From Candidatus Micrarchaeota archaeon (GTDB lineage: Archaea > Micrarchaeota > Micrarchaeia > Micrarchaeales > CABMGC01), in NCBI GenBank assembly GCA_023270015.1, contig JAGDXZ010000030.1, positions 1-45,615 on the forward strand: a DNA stretch of 45,615 nt, read 5' to 3'. The notes beneath the pieces were generated by a model. It was not told the origin of the DNA. It made no database searches and was given only the letters and a program-made list of their open reading frames with translations. Below are positions 34,627 to 44,762 of the stretch, piece by piece (positions within the stretch are counted from its first letter, which is position 1; every line of letters starts with the position of its first letter). A program made the position numbers and the translations under genes.

Positions 34627-35955
34627 TTATTTTTTGCCTTTATTTATAAATTCTTTTATTACTGTGTCGAGTTCATCACTCTTAGGTTTTATTTCATAGC
34701 TTACCTGAACTATTGGCTTGTCTACATTGATTATATGCCTCAGGTTTGTGGGCGTCGCAGAGATCACAACATCGCAGTCAGCTTTGTTTATTGTTGCTTC
34801 TAAATCCCTTATTTCCTTGTCGCTATAGCCTACCGCCGGGAGCTCCTTTCCAAGGTGCGGGTATTGTTCATAGACCTGTTTTATTATTCCAACAGCATAC
34901 TGCTTTGCATCAACTATCTCTTTAGCGCCGTATTCTTTCGCAGCTACAGTCGCAGCACCAAACGTCATTCCACCATGGGTTATTGTAGGTCCATCCTCTA
35001 CAAGGAGCGCTCGCTTGCCTTTTATTATGTTTGGATTGTCTGGTGTTACTACCGATTCTGAAAGCAAAATCTTTGCCTTGCTGTTTATCTTCTTCAAGTC
35101 TGCCACAACTCTTTCTACATCTTCTTTGCTTGCAGAATTTACCTTGTTCACTAGCAAAACATCAGCCATCCTTGCTGCTGTTTGCCCTGGGTAATAAGTA
35201 AGCTCATGGCCTGCGCGGAGCGGATCTGCAACAGTTATCATCAAATCCGGCTTTATAAAAGGAGTATCATTGTTGCCGCCATCCCATAGTATTATATCTG
35301 CCTCTTTCTCCGCATTCTTTAATATCTCTGCATAATCCACCCCTGCATAGACCACAAACCTGTTTAGTATGTGTGGCTCATAATCTTCCCTCTCTTCTAT
35401 AGTTGTCTTGTATTTGTCAAGGTCTTTTATTTCGGCAAACCTTTGCACTTTTTGCTTCGCAAGGTCGCCATATGGCATAGGATGCCTTATTATCACCACC
35501 CTTTTACCCAAATTTCTAAGTAACTTTGCAATATACCTGCTTGTAGGGCTTTTCCCCACACCAGTTCTCACTCCACATACTGCTATTACTGGCTTGTTTG
35601 ACTTTAGCATTGTTCGCTCCGGTGCAATTAGCCAAAAATCAGCCCCACTCGCGTTTGCTACGCTAGCCTTTTCCATCACCGTATCGTTGCTTAGATCGCT
35701 ATAGGCAAGTATGCATACATCAGCGCCGAGCTCTTTTATGAGCTTGGGCAGATCTTTTTCGTCATATATTTTTATTCCGTTTGGATAACGTTCTCCGCTA
35801 AGCTCTTTTGGATACAGTCTATTGCTTATGAACGGTATTTGTGCCGCTGTAAATCCAACAACTTCATAATTTGGGTCGTTCCTGAACAAGGTGTTGAAGA
35901 CATGGAAATCCCTTCCAGCAGCGCCAAGAATGAGCACTTTCGTTTTTGCCGCCAT
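34627..35955 (-). CDS. COG2403 P-loop protein (cyclic 2,3-diphosphoglycerate synthetase-like; probable arginine synthetase ArcE type)
   Basis: GAAGRDFH, FTAAQIP, RTGVGKS, RHPMPYG, TIEEREDYEPH, WDGGNND, EDGPTITHGGM. Confidence 0.8.
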   Translation of the reverse strand: MAAKTKVLILGAAGRDFHVFNTLFRNDPNYEVVGFTAAQIPFISNRLYPKELSGERYPNGIKIYDEKDLPKLIKELGADVCILAYSDLSNDTVMEKASVANASGADFWLIAPERTMLKSNKPVIAVCGVRTGVGKSPTSRYIAKLLRNLGKRVVIIRHPMPYGDLAKQKVQRFAEIKDLDKYKTTIEEREDYEPHILNRFVVYAGVDYAEILKNAEKEADIILWDGGNNDTPFIKPDLMITVADPLRAGHELTYYPGQTAARMADVLLVNKVNSASKEDVERVVADLKKINSKAKILLSESVVTPDNPNIIKGKRALLVEDGPTITHGGMTFGAATVAAKEYGAKEIVDAKQYAVGIIKQVYEQYPHLGKELPAVGYSDKEIRDLEATINKADCDVVISATPTNLRHIINVDKPIVQVSYEIKPKSDELDTVIKEFINKGKK

Positions 35956-35993
35956 ACACCCACAAAAATTTTAGCGTAGAGCAAAAATAAAAG

Positions 35994-36464
35994 CTAAATC
36001 TTTTTAGGCTTGTAGTGGAATAGCTTCCTCAGCTTTGCCACCTCATTTTCTATTTCATGCATTGCAAGGTGCCTAAGCTCGTATTTTCTCAAGTCGGCAT
36101 AAAGCTTATCATTATAGTCTTGGTATACATCGAACTTGTTTCTTGGTATTATGTGTATGTGAAGATGTTCAACGCTTCTACCAGAGTACTCTCCAATTTG
36201 TGCTACAATGTTGTACGAGCTTTCGCACTTATATGCCTTCAATAATACAGGTATGACGTGCCTCATTGTCTTTAGCAGGTCTTCGGCCTCTTTATCTGTA
36301 AGCTGCATCAAATCAGTAACGTGCCTTTTAGGCACTATTAGCGAATGGCCTTTGACTACTGGATAGAGGTTGTAAAGCACGTACGTATGCCTGCTTTCGT
36401 AGTATGCTTGCTTGATTATTTGCTCTTTGTTGCAAAAAGGATCACGTTCGTCTTCCTCAGTCAT
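35994..36464 (-). CDS. HIT-family hydrolase
   Basis: PVVKGHSLIVPKRHV, HLHIHIIPR. Confidence 0.93.
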   Translation of the reverse strand: MTEEDERDPFCNKEQIIKQAYYESRHTYVLYNLYPVVKGHSLIVPKRHVTDLMQLTDKEAEDLLKTMRHVIPVLLKAYKCESSYNIVAQIGEYSGRSVEHLHIHIIPRNKFDVYQDYNDKLYADLRKYELRHLAMHEIENEVAKLRKLFHYKPKKI

Positions 36465-36488
36465 ATTCTCAATATTATTTGCCTAAGC

Positions 36489-37835
36489 TTAAAAAAGGGC
36501 TTTTTTCTTCGTTTCAGGTGCCCACAAAACAGTAACTGCGAATCCTAGGAATTCAAAGGCTGCAAACATCACTAGTGCCGCCGATAGGCTGAGGGAATTG
36601 AGAAGCACTGGGAAAGCCACTATGCCAAGAATGCCTCCAATTCTGCTAAACGAAGTAGCAAAGCCATGTGCTGTAGCCCTAAGCCTCGTAGGATACGCCT
36701 CTGCTGGATATGTATATGTGAGGTTTGTAGGCCCTAGGTTGTGGAATACGTGCATAAGCGCAAAGCCTATGAAAGCGATAGCAAATGGCGTTTCTTTTGT
36801 AAAATGAGCATATGCTGCAAAGGTCAGCAAGGATATGCCTGCCAGCAAGAATCCATATTCTTCAAGTGGCTTCCTGCCTACTCTCTCAACAAGCGTTACG
36901 CATAAAGCAAATCCTATAAAGACAGGCACTTCTTCGAGCAAGTCAGCAATAATCGACCCAACATAGCTGCTTCCTGTGCTTATGAAAATAGACGGCGTGA
37001 AGGTCCAAACGCCATAGCTAGCAACATCATAAGCAAACCATGCCAATGAGGAAAAGAGCGTTAGCTTAAGGAAGCGCTTTGAAAAAAGCTCCCTAAAGCT
37101 GCTTTTACCCTTTTCCAGCTTTATGCTTTCTGCAAGCCTGCTTGGCAGCACGCCGACTGAGGTCGCAATTATCGAAACTGATTTTTCAAACTCCTTTTTC
37201 TTTTCTTTAAGCTTGAGCCACCACGGCGATTCTGGAATTGTATTCCTTGCAGCGACAACAATCAAGGGAATTATTGCCGCTGTGCCATACATTAGCTTCC
37301 ATGCAACATTGCCTACAAAATAGAGAGGAATCGAGACAAGCAGGAAAACAATGCTGCCTATAGTCCACATGAAGATATTGAGGACAAGCAGCATGCCGCG
37401 CCTTTTCGTAGGTGAAAACTCTGCCTGGATAGAGGAGCTTATTGGATAATCTGCGCCAATGCCTATGCCAGCGCCAAGCTGCAACAGGAAAAACTCAAGC
37501 CAGTTGGTCGAAAATGCAGTGAGAAGCAAGAACAACGCAGTTGCACTAAGGTCATAAATGTACATTTTTCTTCTGCCTATCCTGTCAGCGATGTTGCCAA
37601 ACGTAGCAGCCCCAAGCAGCATGCCGATGAGTGGAGCCGCGCCCATGAGTCCCCATTCCAAGCTTGTCGGCTCGAAAACATATTTCAGGCCTGTAGGCAA
37701 AGCAGTAGCAGCGGAGAATATAGTAAGCACGTAGCCATCCATGAACATGCCCATGGAGGAGAATAAGGTAACAAGCCAGACGAATTTAGTTATGTGCTCT
37801 GTTTCGTAGTAGCCATGCACAATATGCGTGAACAA
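36489..37835 (-). CDS. MFS transporter (sugar-porter-like)
   Basis: ADRIGRR, GIGADYP, PESPWW, ERVGRK, EAYPTRLR, PETK. Confidence 0.93.
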   Translation of the reverse strand: MFTHIVHGYYETEHITKFVWLVTLFSSMGMFMDGYVLTIFSAATALPTGLKYVFEPTSLEWGLMGAAPLIGMLLGAATFGNIADRIGRRKMYIYDLSATALFLLLTAFSTNWLEFFLLQLGAGIGIGADYPISSSIQAEFSPTKRRGMLLVLNIFMWTIGSIVFLLVSIPLYFVGNVAWKLMYGTAAIIPLIVVAARNTIPESPWWLKLKEKKKEFEKSVSIIATSVGVLPSRLAESIKLEKGKSSFRELFSKRFLKLTLFSSLAWFAYDVASYGVWTFTPSIFISTGSSYVGSIIADLLEEVPVFIGFALCVTLVERVGRKPLEEYGFLLAGISLLTFAAYAHFTKETPFAIAFIGFALMHVFHNLGPTNLTYTYPAEAYPTRLRATAHGFATSFSRIGGILGIVAFPVLLNSLSLSAALVMFAAFEFLGFAVTVLWAPETKKKALF

Positions 37836-37912
37836 ACAACCTTTATTATGTTTTTGATCACCTAAAAGCTAAAAGGCAAACTATAAATACTGAAAGAATT
37901 ACAAAAGGCAGC

Positions 37913-38830
37913 ATGAGTGAAGTAGCTTACAGGAGGATATCCCAGCTGCCCCGGGGAAAAGTCGATCTTTCAGATCTTCCAACTTATGAGGGGCTGGCGC
38001 TTGGAGACCTTTTGAGTGCAGTTAGGAAAACGTCAGAAATAAGGCCAGAAGATGCGCTTAACCCATCCCAATACTCATTGGTAAGGAAGCAAGAAAGGAA
38101 TGTGCCTTCTAAAAATTTGAATGAGGAATATAACCGCATAGCTCATTTAATCAATTCTGTCGCGTTCATAGATCCTCTTTTCGTTAGATATTATGCAGAA
38201 CACATTGCTCCAGTATCGCAAGCCTTCTTTACTGCATTTACAAAAACTTTCAAAAGGAAGCTGCACAAATCTTCCATACTCGACATAGGCTGTGGTCCAG
38301 GCGCACCAGTATTGGCTGCGTTGCAAAACATGCAGGCTTTTATTGATTCTAGGGCTCGCCGATTAGAATTTACCTATGTGGGTGTAGACTCCTCTTTTGC
38401 CGTATTTGAAACTCTTGCTCCACTTTTGCAAAGCTCAAACAATGCACACTTTGTGAAGGGCGAATTTCCCCAATTAGAGGCAAAAAGAGAGATAGCAAAA
38501 TTCGTTCCCAAGTTTGATAACGTCATCGCAGGAGGAGTGGTAGACTATCTGGCTAGGTCAGAGTTGCACGAATTAGTAAGCGGGATAGCAGATATGATAA
38601 AGCCAGGCGGTCGTTTGATAGCGTATGTGCCAATCTTCAAAATGAACCAAGGATATGATTATATCCCTCTACTGGCAGAACTAAACGCCAAAGGGTTCGT
38701 TAACGCAGCTGGGGTGTTGCTAGGAAAGCAGGATGTGATGGTAGAAGAATTTAAGTTCGTGCATAGCCGCTTTACTTTCTACGCTTTAATTGCCTACTAC
38801 AAAACAGGATTTAAAAATTTGGAACGATGA
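37913..38830 (+). CDS. Class I SAM-dependent methyltransferase with an N-terminal extension
   Basis: ILDIGCGPG, YVGVD, FDNVIA, IKPGGRL. Confidence 0.82.
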   Translation: MSEVAYRRISQLPRGKVDLSDLPTYEGLALGDLLSAVRKTSEIRPEDALNPSQYSLVRKQERNVPSKNLNEEYNRIAHLINSVAFIDPLFVRYYAEHIAPVSQAFFTAFTKTFKRKLHKSSILDIGCGPGAPVLAALQNMQAFIDSRARRLEFTYVGVDSSFAVFETLAPLLQSSNNAHFVKGEFPQLEAKREIAKFVPKFDNVIAGGVVDYLARSELHELVSGIADMIKPGGRLIAYVPIFKMNQGYDYIPLLAELNAKGFVNAAGVLLGKQDVMVEEFKFVHSRFTFYALIAYYKTGFKNLER

Positions 38831-38942
38831 AATGGCCTTTGCCATGCTGCTGGTTAGGCAGGCAGTTTCTCCATTAGCCTTAAATATCTTTTCAGCTTAA
38901 TATAAACAACCCGCAAGTACTGCATTTTGCAGGAGGGATTGA

Positions 38943-39578
38943 ATGCTAGAAGACAAATATGCTGATTTTGAAAAGTTCCTTGCAGAGAATAAAGGTAAAA
39001 GAAAGTTTAAGCAAACAGTCGAGCTAGCTGTGAATTTCAAAGGAGTTGATTTTACAAACCAAAACAACAGGCTTAACCTTTCAATTCTTTTGCCACATGG
39101 AAGAGGAAAGGCTAGTAAAATAGCAGTATTTGCTTCTGATAGGTCCGTAATCGAAGATGCACAAAAGGCAGGAATAGAGGTAATAAAAGCAGAGGATATA
39201 CCTGCAATTGCTACTGATAAGCAGAAGCTAGCAAGTTTGGCGAAATACGCGCTTCTTGCTCAGCCGAACTTAATGCCAACAATAGCTAAATATCTTGGCC
39301 AATATCTTGGGCCCAGAGGCAAGATGCCAAGGCCTCTGCTTCCAGGTACTTCATTGGCAAAGGCCGTTGACGAGATTAGCAGACAGGTTGTTGTAAAGAC
39401 AAGTGGCAAGCTTTTGCCAACGGTGCACTGTCCAGTGGGCACAGAAGACATGGAGCCAAAGAAGCTTTTTGAGAACATGCAAGAGGTGCTTAACAACATA
39501 GTGGCAAAGACAGGCAAAAACAGCTTGAAGTCTGTCTTCGTGAAGCTCACTATGAGCAAGCCATTGAGGCTTATGTAG
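38943..39578 (+). CDS. rpl1: 50S ribosomal protein uL1
   Basis: KRKFKQTVEL, LGQYLGPRGKMP, KLTMSKP. Confidence 0.96.
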   Translation: MLEDKYADFEKFLAENKGKRKFKQTVELAVNFKGVDFTNQNNRLNLSILLPHGRGKASKIAVFASDRSVIEDAQKAGIEVIKAEDIPAIATDKQKLASLAKYALLAQPNLMPTIAKYLGQYLGPRGKMPRPLLPGTSLAKAVDEISRQVVVKTSGKLLPTVHCPVGTEDMEPKKLFENMQEVLNNIVAKTGKNSLKSVFVKLTMSKPLRLM

Positions 39579-39586
39579 GTGCTAGA

Positions 39587-40423
39587 ATGCTGAGAAAAGA
39601 AAAAGAGGCTTTCGTAAAAAGGCTTGCAGAAAAGATAAGCAAGCACAAGACAGTTGCAGTTTTGCCGCTTGCAGGCATACCTGACAGACTTCTTCAAAAA
39701 GCAAGAAATTCGCTCAGAGGAGAAGCTGAGATAATAGTAGGCAGGAACACGCTTATCAAGCGCGCGCTTGGCGATAAGGCAAGCCTAGCTAGCAAGGTAG
39801 ATGGCGACGTTGCACTTGTTCTTTCAGACCTTGATCCATTTACGCTCTACTCTAAGATAGGTTCAAACTCCCTACAACTGCTTGCTAAGCCAGGCCAGAT
39901 AGCCCCTATGGATATAGAGGTGAAAGCTGGCGAGACTAACATTCAACCAGGCCAAGCTGTTACGGAGCTTAAGGCAGCTGGGCTTGACGTTCAGATACAG
40001 AAGAACAAAGTCGTAATTGCAAAGGATAAAAAAATCGTAGAAGCTGGCAAGAAAATAACTGCGCAGGTAGCAAATGCCTTAAAGCTTCTCGACATAAAGC
40101 CTTTCACAGTCTCTACCACAATCTCTGCTGCTTACTTCGAAGGGCTGCTGTTCGGCAAAGAGGCTTTGAGCATAACCCCTGCCTATGTTGCTTCTGAGGT
40201 TGCGAAGTCTTTTGTAGAGGCAAACGCTTTGAGCACAGGAATAGGCTACGTAACTCCTTACAACGCAGCATATTTTGTAAGCAAGGCCTATAACGAAGCC
40301 ATAGCCTTAGGCCTTTCAGCGAACATACCAGAGCCTGAGATTATGGAAAAGCTGGTTGAAAAGGCAGCTCAAGAGGCAAATAATATTAATAAGGTAGCGG
40401 GTATAAATAATACGAATGCTTAA
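39587..40423 (+). CDS. rpl10: 50S ribosomal protein uL10 (P0)
   Basis: [18 protein letters not shown], position in the L1-L10-L12 operon. Confidence 0.95.
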   Translation: MLRKEKEAFVKRLAEKISKHKTVAVLPLAGIPDRLLQKARNSLRGEAEIIVGRNTLIKRALGDKASLASKVDGDVALVLSDLDPFTLYSKIGSNSLQLLAKPGQIAPMDIEVKAGETNIQPGQAVTELKAAGLDVQIQKNKVVIAKDKKIVEAGKKITAQVANALKLLDIKPFTVSTTISAAYFEGLLFGKEALSITPAYVASEVAKSFVEANALSTGIGYVTPYNAAYFVSKAYNEAIALGLSANIPEPEIMEKLVEKAAQEANNINKVAGINNTNA

Positions 40424-40433
40424 AGGTGAAAAC

Positions 40434-40733
40434 ATGGAGTACATATACGCAGCACTATTGCTCGATTCTCTAGGAAAGGAGATAAACGAGGAAAACATGA
40501 AGAACGTTGTCAAGGCAGCAGGCAAGGAACCAGATGAAGCCATGATAAAAGCAGTGGTCAACTCCTTGAAAGGAGTAAACATAAAGGAAGTAATAAAGAA
40601 TGCTCAAGCGCAGCAGGTAGTACAGCAAGCAGCACCTCAGCAGGCACAGGCTCAGGAAAAGAAAGAGGAGAAGGCTGAGGAGAAGAAGAGCGAGGAAGAG
40701 GCTGCTGGCGGTCTTGCAAGCCTGTTTGGCTAA
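40434..40733 (+). CDS. rpl12: 50S ribosomal stalk protein P1/L12
   Basis: [10 protein letters not shown]...[21 protein letters not shown] before the ATG at 40434. Confidence 0.97.
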   Translation: MEYIYAALLLDSLGKEINEENMKNVVKAAGKEPDEAMIKAVVNSLKGVNIKEVIKNAQAQQVVQQAAPQQAQAQEKKEEKAEEKKSEEEAAGGLASLFG

Positions 40734-40795
40734 TAGCCGATTGGCGAAGCCTGCAAAAGTAATAAAAAGTTTGATAACTCAGTTATAGTGATTTT

Positions 40796-41167
40796 ATGCA
40801 GGTTTACGTAGAAAAAGAATATTGCACTGGTTGCCAGCACTGCAAGGACGTTTGCCCGGTAGCCGTCTTCGAAATGAAAAGCAGGATGGTCGGCGATAAG
40901 CCCAATCCCGAAGTTAACACAGACAAGGCGCCACCAGAGCACCAGTGGACTGGGAAGGTAGACAAGGCCACTTATGACAAGTGGGCAAACGTACAAGATG
41001 GCCATAGACACTTTGCCAACGACAACGACGGTACAAGCGGCGGCATATCCGTAGCAGTGAACGGAGATGCGTGCATTCTTTGCCAAGCATGCCTGGTAGA
41101 GTGCGAAGGAGAATGCATAGTAATAACCGATGACAGCGGCAACGTCTACAAGTCAATCTACAAGTGA
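40796..41167 (+). CDS. 2x[4Fe-4S] ferredoxin with a long internal insertion
   Basis: CTGCQHCKDVCP and CILCQACLVECE motifs. Confidence 0.88.
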   Translation: MQVYVEKEYCTGCQHCKDVCPVAVFEMKSRMVGDKPNPEVNTDKAPPEHQWTGKVDKATYDKWANVQDGHRHFANDNDGTSGGISVAVNGDACILCQACLVECEGECIVITDDSGNVYKSIYK

Positions 41168-41314
41168 AGGTTTTGCTTTTCTGATTACTCCTAATTCTAT
41201 TTTTGCTTCAATGCCGCATCTACTTCTAATTCTAATTGTAATTGGAAAATCAGAATGCAAAACTTAAATACAAAATACAAAGAGGAAAGGAAAAAGAAAA
41301 GTCAAACTAAGTTG

Positions 41315-42964
41315 TCAGTCTTCTTCTCCTGCTGGGGGTGTGTTTTGTCCCGCCCCGCCGCTTGGCTGTGATGCTTTTGCGCTTATCATGTCGTCTATGC
41401 GGAGTATTTGCACGCTTGCTTCTGTCGCGCTCGCTATTGCCTGCTGCTTTATCTTCATAGGCTCAATTACTCCAAGCTTGCTCATGTCCCCTATAGTGCC
41501 CTTGTAGACATCTATGCCGTATACCATGCCTTCTTTTGTTCTCTGTTTGCTTCTTAGCTGTACAATGGTGTCTATCGGGTCCATGCCTGCACTGTCAGCT
41601 AGGGTCTTTGGAATTATTTCCAGTGCATCTGCGAAAGCCTGTATTGCAAGCTGCTCCCTTCCGCCTACCTCATTTGCATAGTCTCTCAGCTCTTTTGCCA
41701 AGCTTGCCTCTACAGCACCGCCGCCGTATACGCAAGAGCCTAGCTCAAGTGCAGCGGTGAGCGCGCCTATTTCGTCGTTTATGGTTCTTTCCGCTTCATC
41801 TATTACTTGCTGAGTGCCGCCTCTAACAAACAAGGTCACGCTCTTTGGATCCTTGCACTTCTCTACGAACACCATCTGTTCGCCACCAATCTTCCTTTCC
41901 TCGACAAGGCCTGCAAAGCCTATGTCGCTTGGTGATAGGTCATCTAGGCTTGTTACTAGCTTTGCTCCTGTAGCTTTTGCAAGCTTCTCTATGTCGCTCT
42001 TCTTCACCCTTCTTACTGCGAGTATGCCTGCCTTTGCTAGGTAATGCTGTGCAACGTCGTCAATGCCCTTTTCTACGAATATTGCGTTAGCGCCGCTCTG
42101 AGCAATCTTGTCCACCATCTCCTTGAGCATCTTCTCCTCCTGCTTGAGGAAAGACTCCATCTGCTCCGGAGATGTTATTTCTATGCGGGCGTCTGTTTCT
42201 GTCTTCTCTATCTCAAGTGCAACGTCGAGCAAGGCGATTTTTGCGTTTGTTATCGACTTCGGCATTTGAGGATGTGCGACTTCCTTGTCGATGAGTACGC
42301 CGTTTATCAGCTGCGTGTCTTCTATGCTGCCTCCCTCTTTCTTCTCCACCTTTATGTAGTCCTTATCAACGACTATTTTGTTGCCCTGCTTCTCAGCTAC
42401 CTGTTTAACTGCCTTTATGACAAGTTGGGCAAGATACTTCCTTGTAGAGTCAGAGCCTATGTTTTTTGATCCACCAGCAACAAGCACAACCTTCTCGAGC
42501 AAGTCATCGTCGTCCAATCCAATAGGCACCGAATACTTGTTGAGCAAGTCAGCAGCCTTCTTTGCTGCCATGTCATAGCCTTTTATTATTGTGTTAGGGT
42601 TAATGCCCTTCTCTATCAGATCGCCAGCATTCTTCAGAAGCTCGCCAGCAAGAACTACCACGCTGGTTGTACCGTCGCCCACTTCCTTGTCCTGGGTCTT
42701 TGCTATCTCAACCATGAGCTTTGCTACTGGGTGCTCTACGTTCATTTCCTCAAGTATTGTTGCTCCATCGTTTGTTATTACTATGTCCCCAAGCTCGCTT
42801 ACCAGCATCTTGTCCATTCCTTTAGGTCCTAGCGTGGACTTTATGATGCTTGCGACTGCGTACGCTACTGCTATGTTTGTTCTCTGGGCCTCTCTTCCGA
42901 TAAGCCTTGTGGCCCCCTCAGGCAATATATAATACTGCTGACCAAGTGTGTTTTCGCTTGCCAT
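41315..42964 (-). CDS. ths: Thermosome (group II chaperonin) subunit
   Basis: STLGPKGMDKM, TNDGATIL, GDGTTS; ATG at 42964 with a GGTGA SD. Confidence 0.97.
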   Translation of the reverse strand: MASENTLGQQYYILPEGATRLIGREAQRTNIAVAYAVASIIKSTLGPKGMDKMLVSELGDIVITNDGATILEEMNVEHPVAKLMVEIAKTQDKEVGDGTTSVVVLAGELLKNAGDLIEKGINPNTIIKGYDMAAKKAADLLNKYSVPIGLDDDDLLEKVVLVAGGSKNIGSDSTRKYLAQLVIKAVKQVAEKQGNKIVVDKDYIKVEKKEGGSIEDTQLINGVLIDKEVAHPQMPKSITNAKIALLDVALEIEKTETDARIEITSPEQMESFLKQEEKMLKEMVDKIAQSGANAIFVEKGIDDVAQHYLAKAGILAVRRVKKSDIEKLAKATGAKLVTSLDDLSPSDIGFAGLVEERKIGGEQMVFVEKCKDPKSVTLFVRGGTQQVIDEAERTINDEIGALTAALELGSCVYGGGAVEASLAKELRDYANEVGGREQLAIQAFADALEIIPKTLADSAGMDPIDTIVQLRSKQRTKEGMVYGIDVYKGTIGDMSKLGVIEPMKIKQQAIASATEASVQILRIDDMISAKASQPSGGAGQNTPPAGEED

Positions 42965-43153
42965 ATTTTCACCTTTCAAATTAGCATCAAAGCCTTGCTG
43001 CAAAATTAATGGGTATATAATAATATTTTTCCATTAATATTTTTATATCTTTTCCTGTTTTTCATGTAGAGTAGAGATTTCGTCTTTCGTTGCTGGCTCC
43101 TTGCACTCTCTTTCCAACCACCTTGCATAGCTTTGATTGCAATCTTGCTCTGA

Positions 43154-44074
43154 TTACCCCCTTAACCTATCTGCGAAATCTTTCTTTATTGTATCTAGGT
43201 ACGCCAGTGCAGCCCTTCCCTCTTCAGTAATTTTTACTTCTATTAAAAAGCCGTTCTGTTTTGTCTCTATAAACTTAGCGTTTACAAGCCTTTCAAGAAC
43301 TCCGTCAAGCCTGTTCTCGCCTTCAAGCGTTCCAGAATCAAATGGCACATAAAGCGTTTGGTAGAATGAAACGCTATATTTGTAGATTGCCAACAGAAGT
43401 TCAAGCGACGCTTCAGAAATTTTGCTTATGCCTAGTATTCCTCTTTTGCTCTTGTCCAGCAATCCTGAAAAACCAACGCGTGCAAGGATTGTAGCTGCCT
43501 CCTTTCCTTTTTCGGTAATGCCGACTGAGGCCGGAACTGTGCCCTCGCCGCTGATTTTAACAAACCCAAAGCGTTCCAGATCCTTAAGTAAGCTAAGCAA
43601 AGAGCCATTGGCATATACTTCATTGTGCGAATCATGGATAGGTATGCCCGTTATATCACTTATCTCCAGCGGAGAAAGCTTTCTTGCATTTTTAAGTATC
43701 TTGAGCATCTCTGCATGCTTTTTTAACTCATAGTTACGATATTCAGCCAATTCCTTCAAAGTATTTATGACATCGAGAAGTATGGCAAGGCGTTTGCCCT
43801 GCGGCGTCAGCAGGTAGTCAACAATTCCTGTGGCAAGCTTCTTTACTTTCAACAAGCCTGCAGATTCTAGCTCTTCCAAGCTTTCATCTATCTTTATTTT
43901 TGCTTCATCTAGCTCGATATTTTTTATTTTCAAAGGCATAAAGTTTATTGCAGCCCCATAACTTTCGTTGTCACGAATGAAGCGCAAGGTGCTCATGCAG
44001 ACTTGGTCTTTAATTAGGGCTTTTTGGTAATCGTTTAATTTGGAGCCATCATCGACTGCCTTCCTAACTGGCAC
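43154..44074 (-). CDS. Protein with three tandem winged-helix-like units
   Basis: LESAGLL...LTPQGK; LERFGFV...ITEKGK; LVNAKFI...ITEEGR. Confidence 0.75.
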   Translation of the reverse strand: MPVRKAVDDGSKLNDYQKALIKDQVCMSTLRFIRDNESYGAAINFMPLKIKNIELDEAKIKIDESLEELESAGLLKVKKLATGIVDYLLTPQGKRLAILLDVINTLKELAEYRNYELKKHAEMLKILKNARKLSPLEISDITGIPIHDSHNEVYANGSLLSLLKDLERFGFVKISGEGTVPASVGITEKGKEAATILARVGFSGLLDKSKRGILGISKISEASLELLLAIYKYSVSFYQTLYVPFDSGTLEGENRLDGVLERLVNAKFIETKQNGFLIEVKITEEGRAALAYLDTIKKDFADRLRG

Positions 44075-44085
44075 TCACCCACCTG

Positions 44086-44640
44086 CTATAAGGATTCTGC
44101 TATTTTGTTTACAATTCTTTTAGCAGTTGCTAAAGTACTTTCATTTTTCTCGAGTAGGAAAATAATCAAGGCATTTGGCGTAGGATATACCATTGCACTT
44201 TCATTGCTGTAGCAAGGAATGCCTCTGAGCTCTGAAAGGAGAGACAAAAACTCACCTTCTACATCAACTCCATACATCTTGTGTATATTCTTCGCAGCTC
44301 CCAGTGCTCCTTCGTTCTCTATGTGCCACTTTACATAAGCAAACGCCTCTTCATCAGCCATGTCCTTATAGACTTCCTTGAATTTTTCTATAAGCTGCTT
44401 TTTCTTTGCTTCTAAATCCTCATTGCCTGTGTTTTCAGGCTTCCTAAGAAGGCGTTTAAATTCTCTAGCAACATCGTCAAGTGCCTTTTCAAAGCCACTT
44501 TTAGGCTCTTGCGCCTTGCTCTCCTTTACTATTTCCTTTTCAAGCTCCAACAACTGCGCCAGCCGGTCTGATCGGTCCGATACGACCTCTTTTGGCATAA
44601 TTTTCCCTATTCCTAGTGGTTTTTTGCTATTTTTAAGCAT
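44086..44640 (-). CDS. Hypothetical protein (helical, charged)
   Basis: 184-codon ORF 11 bp upstream of the triple-wHTH gene. Confidence 0.65.
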   Translation of the reverse strand: MLKNSKKPLGIGKIMPKEVVSDRSDRLAQLLELEKEIVKESKAQEPKSGFEKALDDVAREFKRLLRKPENTGNEDLEAKKKQLIEKFKEVYKDMADEEAFAYVKWHIENEGALGAAKNIHKMYGVDVEGEFLSLLSELRGIPCYSNESAMVYPTPNALIIFLLEKNESTLATAKRIVNKIAESL

Positions 44641-44762
44641 TTGCTTTCGTTTATCTGTAAGGCGTCTAAGTAGGTATCGGCTAGAAGCGAATTCGGCAAT
44701 TACTCAATGCCAAGCCCTCTTTTATAAGCTTTTGCAAGTTAAATACCTCTCAAAGTGTTTGT

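Noticed and set aside
41190..41245. Short CTAATT(CTA) repeats between the ferredoxin and thermosome genes
   Set aside because: Low-complexity convergent terminator region with no regular period
43043..43153. In-frame continuation of about 36 codons after the triple-wHTH stop codon (possible readthrough or premature stop)
   Set aside because: The third wHTH unit is complete before TAA, and an open stretch of this length is expected by chance
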